Source: Carpediemonas membranifera BICM (Eukaryota > Protista > Fornicata). Taken from it: a DNA stretch of 64,000 nucleotides. This document shows, piece after piece, positions 45,054-53,752 of the stretch (its first letter is position 1; each line of letters opens with the position of its first letter). The notes under the pieces were generated by a model. That model saw only the letters and a list, made by a program, of their open reading frames with translations. It was not told the DNA's origin and searched no databases. The stretch lies in assembly GCA_019828565.1 (NCBI GenBank), contig JAHDYR010000053.1, positions 1,028,272-1,092,271 of the forward strand. Reading direction: 5' to 3'. The position numbers were made by a program, and so were the translations under genes.

Positions 45054-45137
45054 CTATAAGAGCGAGCTGCAAGACGACTCTGCCCGACTCGCAGAATAAG
45101 GATCGCTGGATGTGGTATTTAGAGATGTTTACTGGGG

Positions 45138-46637
45138 GTGGATGTGGTATTTAGACTCAACAATTCTAATCCTGCGCGGCACACCACCTCCACTCACCCA
45201 CTTCAGCCCTCGTCTGTACAATCGGGCTTTCGTGCTTTCAGTCGTCGGTCCGCACGAAGAGATGCGTCGTCTGTCGTCCATCGTCTGTGTCGAACGCTGC
45301 TGTCTTCTTTCGCGTCGGTGCTCGTCTGTTACGCGCTTGCATTGCCCGAGGGGCAACGGGTGGGTCGCACTGATACCGTGGCCGAGGCCCTTGTCGGCGT
45401 GCTGTCGTGCGTCACGCGCATGAGTGCTGCAGTGACCAAGCTGGTCACACTCACTCGTGCCGTGAACCTCGAGCTCAGCCAGGCCCTGCCAGAGCCGAAG
45501 CTCATTCCGTTCGTGCCGATGGCACCGGTCAGGCCTGGGTTCATGACCATCGAGTACGGTCATATATCGCTCACCCCAGCGATGAAGAGGCGCCTCCGTG
45601 TCTATCGAGATTGGTCAGCGAAGAGCAACTTGACCGACGAGCAGGATGATAGATACGAGCGTGATCACGGCGACATCACCAAGCTCCGCAGAGTGCTCTC
45701 TGTGAAGACTGACGGGGTATCTGTTGCTGTGACCGTTTGGGTGGGTCGCGAGAAATACCGTGGGGGTCGGGTGGCTGACCGGCCCACGTACAAAAAGGGT
45801 AACAAAAACAAGCGGGCTCGGCTCGGTCAGGATGACGCCGAGGCTACTCCTGCCCCGGACATTCAAGCTCTCATGGGCTTCGACCCTGGTGCTCGGTCGC
45901 TGGGCGGCTACACGATCCGCCGCCCAGGCGGGCAGGGTGTATCTGGCGTACTCGCTAAGTGTGGCTACACTGCCACCCCCTCTTTCCGCGTGAATATGAG
46001 CGCAGCATCGTTCAAAACGACAAGTCTAGAGGCTCTCAAACAGTCGATTAGGTTTGTCCATGAGAACATCGTTCAGATCATCAACGAGGGGACGAGAAAG
46101 TGTTTCCGCCGTGCGACTTTTGCCAATCACTGTCTGCGCCTGAAGCACTTCGCCCGGGCTGGACGTCAACTCCTGGATGATCTCGGCGGGCGCACCCCGG
46201 AGCCCATTCACCTCAAAGTCGCGTATGGGGCTGCACTGTTCGGTTCTGCCGGCACTCCCTCCTGTGCTCCGTACCGCCACTTTGCTCGAGCACTTCCTGG
46301 CATAATGCTCCGGCACAACGTCGTCGTGACAGTCACGATGGTCTCCGAATTCCGCACTTCCATCGTGTGCCCATACTGCAAAGCACACTTCAGACGTGTG
46401 GTGCACACATACCGCACCATGCTCTGCCAGAATCCCGCGTGCGAGGGAGCTCCATGGCGCGTTGAACGGCTACGTCGGCATCCCGAGCAGAGAGACATAC
46501 TTCTCAATCTCTCTCACCGAGATAAGAGCGCCAGCGAGAACATCCTTTGGTGCACCTACGATGCAACTTCAGATCAGATGGAGCAATCTCCTTTCCACTA
46601 CGACTCCCAGAGAGGTGCTCTTCCTCGCTATCATTAA
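45138..46637 (+). CDS. Fanzor1-type (TnpB-derived) RNA-guided RuvC endonuclease; first ATG 45420 (405 aa), open frame extends upstream to about 45138
   Basis: Motifs in Fanzor1 order: FVPM..PGFMTI, SVKTDGVSV, RuvC-I GFDPG (D at 45882), SFKTTSL insertion, FRRATF helix, VAYGAALF..AP, RuvC-II VSEFRTS (E at 46347), Zn finger CPYC..CQNPAC, RuvC-III HRDKSASENI (D at 46521). Confidence 0.88.
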   Translation: MDVVFRLNNSNPARHTTSTHPLQPSSVQSGFRAFSRRSARRDASSVVHRLCRTLLSSFASVLVCYALALPEGQRVGRTDTVAEALVGVLSCVTRMSAAVTKLVTLTRAVNLELSQALPEPKLIPFVPMAPVRPGFMTIEYGHISLTPAMKRRLRVYRDWSAKSNLTDEQDDRYERDHGDITKLRRVLSVKTDGVSVAVTVWVGREKYRGGRVADRPTYKKGNKNKRARLGQDDAEATPAPDIQALMGFDPGARSLGGYTIRRPGGQGVSGVLAKCGYTATPSFRVNMSAASFKTTSLEALKQSIRFVHENIVQIINEGTRKCFRRATFANHCLRLKHFARAGRQLLDDLGGRTPEPIHLKVAYGAALFGSAGTPSCAPYRHFARALPGIMLRHNVVVTVTMVSEFRTSIVCPYCKAHFRRVVHTYRTMLCQNPACEGAPWRVERLRRHPEQRDILLNLSHRDKSASENILWCTYDATSDQMEQSPFHYDSQRGALPRYH

Positions 46638-46769
46638 CTTGCTAAGTTGAGCAAGCACGCGCTGCAGCGCGCGTGATATGCAGCGCACGATTGATAGAGT
46701 ATGATGAACCACACTGCGATCCTGATGCTGCTTGGATCACTGTGTGTTTTGGACTCAACAATTCTAATC
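46638..46769 (+). ncRNA. Candidate Fanzor omegaRNA (scaffold about 46638-46751, guide about 46752-46769; 5' end may overlap the ORF)
   Basis: Lies directly after the stop codon. Hairpins CTTGCT/AGCAAG (46638-46655), CACGCGC/GCGCGTG (46656-46675) and an imperfect CACAC..GATCC/GGATC..GTGTG stem (about 46707-46748). This is where omegaRNAs sit in TnpB/Fanzor loci. Confidence 0.55.
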
Positions 46770-46969
46770 GATTTATACATGTATAAAAGTGTTACGTAAC
46801 CCACTGGTCCAACACTGTCAGCGGCCCAATTCTAATCCTGCGCGGCACACTGGAAAAAGCCTTGCTGGCTGCTTGGAGGCTCAGACTGCTGACAGGAGCG
46901 TGTCCCTTACATGCTAACAGTATAGAATACGTATAAAACAGACAAATCGAGAGAACCTGCAAATCATAT

Positions 46970-48346
46970 TTACATCTCGACGTCGTCGACGGTGTTACCC
47001 GTGATGAGCTCCTTCTCCCACTGGTCACAGAACTCCTCGGACCGCCGCACGTCGAGGAACAGGTCCCTGCACTTGACGAAATGCTCCTCCTGGATCTCCT
47101 CCATGTTGTCCCGCCGGGCTACGAGATGGGCGGTGGTGAGCAGTTGCATGGCATACCGGATGGACGTCTCAGTGCCGATGGTCACCAGATAATCCATGGC
47201 GTCCTCGTCGATCGAGTCGATGCCCTCAGCGTCCGCCCGGAGCTGCAGGATCTTCTGGATGTCTGCAGCGTCGTACGGCTTCGTGATGATGATGTTCATG
47301 CGGTCCAGCATGTCCGCGGGGATGCCGTGGGGCGAGACAGTGTCGGTGCCCCTGATCTTGGTGTTCTCGCCCCTGTTGGTGGCCATGATGATGATGGGGG
47401 CCGTGCTCTGCTCCATCGCGCGGTTCATGAACGAGAAGCACTCGATGTCAAGCATGTGGGCCTCATCGATGAACAGCACACCGGGCACAATGGTCGCGCG
47501 GCCCTCCTCCCGCCACTCGGCTACCTTCTTATCGACGGACTGGCGCACCTCCGGGTTGATCTCACCAGTGGCACCGCTGAACAAGGCCATGAAGCCCTGT
47601 GCCCTCGAGTTGATCACGTCGATCTCATGCAGGTTAACGGTGTGTGAAACGTGCTTGCGCTTCTGCAGCTCACCAGCGGGGGTCTCGACGAGGCGGGTGC
47701 CTGGGCCCTGGGCGTCGTAGTCGCGGGTTTTGGACCAGGACCGGCCGAGCTTGGTCACCTTTCCGCTCGCCTTGTCGATAGAGATGACGTCGCCGGGAGT
47801 GACCTTGTCGGCTTCCATGGCGTCAATCATCTTGGCGCCGAGGTCGTACTCAGCCTCCATATCGGTCGTCTTCAGGGTGATGCGGCCAACCTTGTCGCCA
47901 GTGCCGTCAGTGGGGCGCTCGACGACCCATTCGACGACCTCGCCCTCGACGAGCTCGGTCTCCTCCTGGATGCGGAGGCCAATGGACTTACGCATCGACT
48001 GGGTCAGGGATTCGGTCTTGTTGAACTCGTGGGAGAAGAACTCGGAGCCAGAGACGGATGTAAACGGGATGTCAGCGCCTAGCTCCCGGGAAATGGCCAT
48101 GGCGATGGCAGTCTTGCCACTAGCAGGAGGACCGGCGATTAGGATACCACGGCCAGCAATCGCACCAGCTTGGATCATCTTGACAATGATACCAGCCGAC
48201 TTACGGGCCGTCTTCTGGCCAACGAGGCCTTGGCTCTCCTCGCGGGCGTTCAGCCTATCGTCAAGCCCAAGGCCGCGAATATGTGAATGTGCACTAACAC
48301 GCTCGACAGTAGGAACAGCCGTTTCCGTGGCACCAGGAATCTCCAT
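46970..48346 (-). CDS. RUVBL2: RuvB-like 2 (Reptin/Rvb2) AAA+ ATPase
   Basis: ERVSAHSHIRGLGLDD, GLVGQ, Walker A GPPASGKT, LKTTDME..YDLG, LHEIDVINSRAQGF and Walker B LFIDEAH. Confidence 0.95.
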   Translation of the reverse strand: MEIPGATETAVPTVERVSAHSHIRGLGLDDRLNAREESQGLVGQKTARKSAGIIVKMIQAGAIAGRGILIAGPPASGKTAIAMAISRELGADIPFTSVSGSEFFSHEFNKTESLTQSMRKSIGLRIQEETELVEGEVVEWVVERPTDGTGDKVGRITLKTTDMEAEYDLGAKMIDAMEADKVTPGDVISIDKASGKVTKLGRSWSKTRDYDAQGPGTRLVETPAGELQKRKHVSHTVNLHEIDVINSRAQGFMALFSGATGEINPEVRQSVDKKVAEWREEGRATIVPGVLFIDEAHMLDIECFSFMNRAMEQSTAPIIIMATNRGENTKIRGTDTVSPHGIPADMLDRMNIIITKPYDAADIQKILQLRADAEGIDSIDEDAMDYLVTIGTETSIRYAMQLLTTAHLVARRDNMEEIQEEHFVKCRDLFLDVRRSEEFCDQWEKELITGNTVDDVEM

Positions 48347-48807
48347 GCACTTTGAGAATCAACGCTTCATTGCATGAAAAATTGTTAAACTGCGGACGAT
48401 CAACCTGACGCCTCAGTCCGCCAAGTCGGTCGCTTTTACCTGGTACAGACGCCTCAATCGCCCGTCAGAGTCACGCATTTCTTTCTAGCGGTGTTTTTGA
48501 CCCTCCATTTCTGTCGGAACAAAACTGAGTCGCCTGACAGCGAAGTGCCCCCAAAAGAGGATGGAAGCCTGGCACTGCCATGACACATCATGATTCGTGT
48601 TTACGAGTATAAAATAGGATAATCAATGGACAGCTGGTGTCCGTCACCGGTGTCGAACTTGAGGTTGGTACGGACAACAACCTTGGCCTTGGTGGCAACA
48701 GCCCCCATGGTGGCGAGAGACGATGTACAGGGTCACGCCAGCGAAGACAGGGGAGCCAAGGTCAGCGTGCGAGGCGGGCGGAGGACTGCCTTGCGACTGC
48801 TGGCTAT

Positions 48808-49519
48808 TCACCTCAGACATGAGGTCTCGGCCAGCGCGAGGACGAATTCATCAGCAGTCGGCAGTCGACTCGGCCTGGCATTCAGACATGACCCCACTGC
48901 CTCCCGGATCGGCTGGGACGCCGGGGCGGTGGTGGATGGCATGGCTGCGAGCTCAATGAGGGTGTCGACGAGCCGGTCGGCTGGGACGGCAGAGTCGAGC
49001 TTGGCCTGGACGCCCTCGAGGAACGCACCGTAGAAGAAGAGCAGCTCGAACAGACGCACGTAGTGTGCAGTGGCAAGCTTGTTCCCGTCAACCCATCCCG
49101 CGAGCCGGGAAATGGCAAAGATCCTCGCCGTCATCTCCGGGGGGAAGTCAGGGCACAGCAGCCGCACCCACTGGTGCCAGTCCTGCTCAGGGAGTGCGCT
49201 GTCGATGACACTGGTGGTCTTCTTGAGCTGTACACACAGGGACCATCTGTTGAGCGTCGTCCGGCTGGAGTAGTCGTACTCCCGGAACAGGACGTTACGT
49301 CCGGACATGACACTGGCAAAACTGGGTAATGCTATCGCGTAGTAAAGCAGATACGTACTAGTTGGCAAGTTCTCGCGCTGCTTGACCTTCAGGCACATTC
49401 TGTATGACGTTCAAGGCATCCTGGACGTAAACATCCAGACTAAACCGGTCAATATACTCTTTAGGACTCCATTTGAATCGTTCCTCTTCCAATTTGGCCT
49501 GTCGAGAGGGATTTTGCAT
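48808..49519 (-). CDS. CSTPP1/C11orf49-like centriolar/tubulin polyglutamylase complex protein; intron 49322-49358; 3' end uncertain
   Basis: Splicing a 37-nt GTACGT..CCAG intron joins ..EYIDRFSLDVYVQDAL..LANY to FASVMSGRNVLFREYDY..TTLNR, resembling C11orf49 (YFNSV..G.HILFREF....T.HNR). Confidence 0.65.
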
Positions 49520-49569
49520 GCTGGCGACGATGACCGGGCTAAAACTGCACACGTGCGCTGGAGCTGATC

Positions 49570-49887
49570 TCACCCATCCAGGCCGGTCTTCTCAGCAGCC
49601 CGGTCCTCCCGCATCATCTTCACGGCTCTGGCGACCATTCTCTGTCGCCACTCGGCCTCCTCCTCGGCCTCATCGCGGTCCATCATCGGCGGCACCTGGA
49701 CAATGGTGGCACGCTCATTATCCATAGCAATGACTGCGCTCTTCATCTGGTCGCTGATGATGGTCTTATCGACTGCCACAGGCGCAGCACTCGTTTCCTT
49801 TTCTTTCTTCTCGTACTGCTCGTAATCAGACACAAATCCAAAGCTATCAGACTCATAACTGTCATATGCATCAGATTCGTCGCTCAT
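49570..49887 (-). CDS. Small acidic hypothetical protein (105 aa)
   Basis: ATG-initiated ORF filling the gap between two minus-strand genes, with protein-like composition; no family recognised. Confidence 0.5.
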   Translation of the reverse strand: MSDESDAYDSYESDSFGFVSDYEQYEKKEKETSAAPVAVDKTIISDQMKSAVIAMDNERATIVQVPPMMDRDEAEEEAEWRQRMVARAVKMMREDRAAEKTGLDG

Positions 49888-49987
49888 TTCCCTTCCAAAG
49901 CTCCGAACCGAGATCTCCGTCGCACCATCAACCGAAACATGCCTCATGTAACAAAGTAAATGCCTGCTAGCCTTTACAACACCCCTC

Positions 49988-51310
49988 TCAGTCGATCTCA
50001 TACTCCACCGGCTGGGGCAGGGCCGTCTCCTCATAGAACCGCACCCCCTCCATGCCGGCGGGGAGGTATTCCTGCTGGCAGTAGCCCCCGAAGCTGTGGG
50101 GGTACTTGTACTCGGCATGAGCACCCATACTCTCGTGGACGTCCGTGGGGGCGTTCCTGAGGTGCATGGGGACAGGCTGGGGTGGGTGGGTCCGTAGCAG
50201 ATCCATGGCTGCGTCCAGGCCCCTGTACGCCGAGCATGACTTCGGGGCCCGGCATAGTGCCACTGTACACTCTGCCAGGAAGATGCGGGCCTCAGGCATG
50301 CCCGTGGCGTGGACGGCGTTGAGGGTGGCGCTTGCTAGGGGAAGCATCGACGTGTCCGCCACGCCAATGTCCTCGGCCGCAGAGATGATCAGCCGACGAG
50401 CGATGAACTCGGGCTGCTCGCCGTGGTGCAGCATCACCGCGAGCCAGTATAGCGCCCCGTCGACTGCGGACCCGCGGACGGACTTGATGAACGCGCTGAT
50501 GTAGTCATAATGCATGTCTCCCATCCTATCGTATTCCCCGAATATATGGTCGACCGCCCGACCCACCAGACCCTCGGTGACAACCACAGCACCGTCTGGA
50601 GCCCTGCTTTCTTTCTCTCCGAGGGTGACAGCGAAGTCGAGGCAGTTTAAGGCTCGCCTGGCGTCACCCCCGCAACTAGAGCACAGCTTCGCCATAGCCG
50701 GACCCTGTACGACAATGTCCTTCATGCCCAGGCCCTTGGGGGAGTTCAAGGCGTTGACCAGGATGCCGCAGACGTCTGTGGGAGTCAGAGGTTCGAGCTT
50801 GGTGACGAATAGGCGGGAGCGGAGAGCCCCGACGACACTGAACCCGGGGTTCTCAGTCGTTGCCCCAATGAATATGATCGTGCCGTCCTCGATAGGCCCC
50901 AGCAACGCCTCCTGGACGTTTTTTGCCCACCGGTGGATTTCGTCGACAAAGACGAGGGTCGCCTCCTTCCTCGCACGACGCTCCTTGGCCGCCGCAAGGA
51001 CGTCTCGCAGGTCCTTCAGCCCGGCCATAGACGCATGCATGGGGATGAAAGTAGCATGAGTGTGCGCGGCGAGGAGTCGGGCTATCGTCGTCTTCCCAAT
51101 GCCGGGAGGGCCGTATATAACCATCGACGGAAGCCGCTTGGTCCCTTTGTGCATTCGTACTACATCCCACATGGATGATGTGCCATGACCTATTACTTCT
51201 TCCAGCGAGCGGGGCCGCATTCTGTCCGCAAGGGGCGTTCTTTCGTCATATAGTTGTTTGTTATCAGCTAAAGCGCCCATCGACGCTTGCTGTCCGAAAT
51301 AACGCTGCAT
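49988..51310 (-). CDS. WRNIP1: WRNIP1/Mgs1/RarA (MgsA) AAA+ ATPase
   Basis: PLADRMRP, GPPGIGKTT, FVDEIHR, IGATTENP, GDARRALN, HYDYISAFIKSVRGS, GMPEARI and VPMHLRNAPT. Confidence 0.93.
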   Translation of the reverse strand: MQRYFGQQASMGALADNKQLYDERTPLADRMRPRSLEEVIGHGTSSMWDVVRMHKGTKRLPSMVIYGPPGIGKTTIARLLAAHTHATFIPMHASMAGLKDLRDVLAAAKERRARKEATLVFVDEIHRWAKNVQEALLGPIEDGTIIFIGATTENPGFSVVGALRSRLFVTKLEPLTPTDVCGILVNALNSPKGLGMKDIVVQGPAMAKLCSSCGGDARRALNCLDFAVTLGEKESRAPDGAVVVTEGLVGRAVDHIFGEYDRMGDMHYDYISAFIKSVRGSAVDGALYWLAVMLHHGEQPEFIARRLIISAAEDIGVADTSMLPLASATLNAVHATGMPEARIFLAECTVALCRAPKSCSAYRGLDAAMDLLRTHPPQPVPMHLRNAPTDVHESMGAHAEYKYPHSFGGYCQQEYLPAGMEGVRFYEETALPQPVEYEID

Positions 51311-51515
51311 AGATGGTTTGCTTACGCTGTCTTGGGCCCTTCAGCAGCAACCGATCTTGCGTCCGGCGACCATAGCCAAAACTGCACTCCACTGGAATGA
51401 GCAAGAGTTTGCTACTATGATCCGACAAACTGCATTGCACTCACCCAAACTGCCATTTCGCTCAACAGATCATCTGGACATAAACTGCACCATTCAGATT
51501 GTCGCATTGTCCCAA

Positions 51516-51831
51516 ATGGCTCTGTCGAAGAACGTTGACGCTATCATTCGCTCTGAACAGGATCTTGGTTGGTTATAGCCCCAAGTTTTTTACTCAGACC
51601 GCCGCGTGGAAGGCGAGAGGAATGCTTTCGAGTGGCGTCAGTCCATTTCTCACATCACGAACCTCTGCTTCGAGAAATGCTTCAACGGTCGTTTTATTAC
51701 ACCCCGTTCGATTGCCCGTGCGAAGAACTGTGGTCGGCTCTACAAGGAGACGAGCGGTACGTCCCCATCCCAACCCTTAGTCAGATTACGTCACTGAGCT
51801 GCTCCTCGACCTCCAGGACGTCTCTGTGTAA
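51516..51831 (+). CDS. Small Tim (Tim8/9/10/13 family) chaperone-like protein, 85 aa, three exons (51516-51567, 51598-51756, 51785-51831)
   Basis: Removing 30-nt (GTTGGT..TCAG) and 28-nt (GTACGT..TCAG) introns gives MALSKNVDAIIRSEQDLDRRVEGERNAFEWRQSISHITNLCFEKCFNGRFITPRSIARAKNCGRLYKETSDYVTELLLDLQDVSV. It has a CX3C motif and a Tim8-like NC....ETS helix. Confidence 0.72.
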
Positions 51832-51921
51832 GCTAGGCATCACATCATATGTCTCTACCGCCCCAGCCCGCTTTATGTGTCTAAATGATCGATTAGTCAT
51901 GGTCCCTTTGATGTCAGAAAG

Positions 51922-52878
51922 TCAAGAAGGATTTAAATGCCCCCCAGCCTTCTCTAACAGTGCCCGCGCCTTGGCCTTTAGCCCAGCAGCACCCTCGACC
52001 TTCGCCCTGACGAGCTCGTCGACCTCATCCCTCTGTGCGGCCACCCTGTCGTGCACCCGGCGCACCTTAGCGACAGCCTCGTCCATCTCACGGGTGAGCG
52101 TCTGCCGCACTGCCGGTCCGATCTCATCGCCCCATGACTCGAATCTCCCTGCGAGGACGAAGTCTGGCTGTGGGGTCGCCTCTGTGGTGACGACACCTGC
52201 AGCATACTGAACGGTGATGTCGTCGTCGACGAAGGTGGGCAGATTTGGGTCAGCTGGAACCTCCGGCAGCTTCCCAGTACTACCGCATGCCAGCGCGTAG
52301 AGCACGGTCGGGGGTGGGTGGAGCCTCAGCCGATGGGAGTCGAGCAGGGCGCAGGCCTGGTCCAACGCCCGCTGCTGCGAGTCGACCCACTTGCTCAGTC
52401 GATCATACATCTGCCTGGGTGTCCTGCTGATGGGCGCGGTCTCGAGGCAGAGAACCCTCCCAACATTAACCCGGGCCGACGCCAGTGTAGGGAACCGGAC
52501 GCCGTGTGCATCGACCCACAGCCCCAGGGTGTGGTGGTAGACCATGGCTAGGGTCCTAGACTCATCCTTGGTTGCGGACTTCGGTGGTTTCAGCACCGCG
52601 AGTGTCGTGATGGCGGAGAGCTTGCCGACGATCTCTGGACGCGTCGCGGCGATGTTCATGAAGAGATAGTTGAGCAGTTCGATAGCGTTCATGCGCACAT
52701 TAGCTTTCTGGTCCTGCATGCGGAATAAGGCACATTTGACGGCATGTCTAGCGGCAAGCACATTCTTCTTGGAGATTCGCTTGATGTATTTCAACTCATC
52801 CTGCAGTAATGGCTGTGAACTGTCAATGACATCGTTCACGTAGCGTGGTATTGCCTTCAGCGCAATCTGCGAGTCCAT
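51922..52878 (-). CDS. VHS-like domain protein resembling the UVSSA N-terminus
   Basis: LKYIKRISK...ANVRMNAIELLNYLF...RPEIV resembles UVSSA (LKKICK...AEIRLSAFQIVEELF...R). The C-terminal half is not recognised. Confidence 0.55.
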   Translation of the reverse strand: MDSQIALKAIPRYVNDVIDSSQPLLQDELKYIKRISKKNVLAARHAVKCALFRMQDQKANVRMNAIELLNYLFMNIAATRPEIVGKLSAITTLAVLKPPKSATKDESRTLAMVYHHTLGLWVDAHGVRFPTLASARVNVGRVLCLETAPISRTPRQMYDRLSKWVDSQQRALDQACALLDSHRLRLHPPPTVLYALACGSTGKLPEVPADPNLPTFVDDDITVQYAAGVVTTEATPQPDFVLAGRFESWGDEIGPAVRQTLTREMDEAVAKVRRVHDRVAAQRDEVDELVRAKVEGAAGLKAKARALLEKAGGHLNPS

Positions 52879-52997
52879 TCACATCTCGTACTGCCCCACA
52901 CAGTCGCCCCGAGTCAAGCAACGCTGATACAGCCACGCCGCATGTTATGTGGGGGAATTTATGGTAAAATATGGCTATGATCAAGCCGTACGGTCTA

Positions 52998-53660
52998 CTA
53001 AATTGTCCCAACAACCCCCTGCAGCTGCTCGACGAACTTGGGGCAAAGCACGGTCGACCCGCCCTCCAGATAGCCCCCGTATCCGTCTTCTATGAATTCT
53101 TGCAGCGGAACCCAGCGAAGGGCGGCGACCTCTGTCTCCTGAGGGCACAGCTCAGGGTCATTGTCCAGCCGCACCACGAACATGTCCACCACCTCCCGGT
53201 TCCAGAAGAGCTCCGTGCCCAGCTCACCGAGATCGACTTCTACAGGATCCATGTCAACTACGAACGAAGAGGCTGGAACGAGATCATCCTCAGTAAGAGA
53301 GAGGCCAAGCTCCTCAAAGGCCTCGCTTACAGCTGCCTGCCTCGTTGTCTGGCCTGCGCTGACGTGCCCTGTGCTGGATGCGTCCCAGGTGAGCGGGTAC
53401 AGCATCTTATGCTTGGAACGGAGCTGAAGAAGGACATCTACCTGCGGATAACCATTAGACGGGGTAGAAGATGGTCTGAAGACCCATATGTGTATCGCTC
53501 TGTGCCACAGCCCCTGTCTGTGGGCGTCCTTTCGATTGACGACGAGAGGAGGATCATACGTCACTGTTCTGTCCGCATTTGTGATAATATCGAGGTTCTC
53601 CTTGCTAGAAAGCGCGAACTCTGAGTTTTCAGCCACTCTCTCGGGATCAGGGTTTGTCAT
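52998..53660 (-). CDS. Nudix hydrolase (IDI type 1-like subfamily)
   Basis: R..AHRQGLWHRAIHIWVF, LLQLRS..K..YP..WD.S..GHV.AG and a Nudix-box variant AAVSEAFEELGL. Confidence 0.85.
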   Translation of the reverse strand: MTNPDPERVAENSEFALSSKENLDIITNADRTVTYDPPLVVNRKDAHRQGLWHRAIHIWVFRPSSTPSNGYPQVDVLLQLRSKHKMLYPLTWDASSTGHVSAGQTTRQAAVSEAFEELGLSLTEDDLVPASSFVVDMDPVEVDLGELGTELFWNREVVDMFVVRLDNDPELCPQETEVAALRWVPLQEFIEDGYGGYLEGGSTVLCPKFVEQLQGVVGTI

Positions 53661-53752
53661 TTCCAGCTGTTTAGCTTTGAACCATCGTCAACGACTGTCA
53701 ACGCCACCCCAACCCGGTCAACCCCGGCTTCAAGACCCTATATCTAGTTTAT

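Larger units (their letters stand above)
45107..46850 (+). mobile_element. Fanzor-carrying insertion bounded by three overlapping sets of direct repeats
   Basis: TGGATGTGGTATTTAGA at 45107-45123 and 45139-45155. GACTCAACAATTCTAATC at 45154-45171 and 46752-46769. CAATTCTAATCCTGCGCGGCACAC at 45161-45184 and 46827-46850. No transposase is present. Confidence 0.7.

Noticed and set aside
45107-45184. CRISPR-like mini-array (repeat-spacer-repeat)
   Set aside because: Only two 17-bp copies with a 15-bp gap and no cas genes; better explained as insertion or repair duplications.
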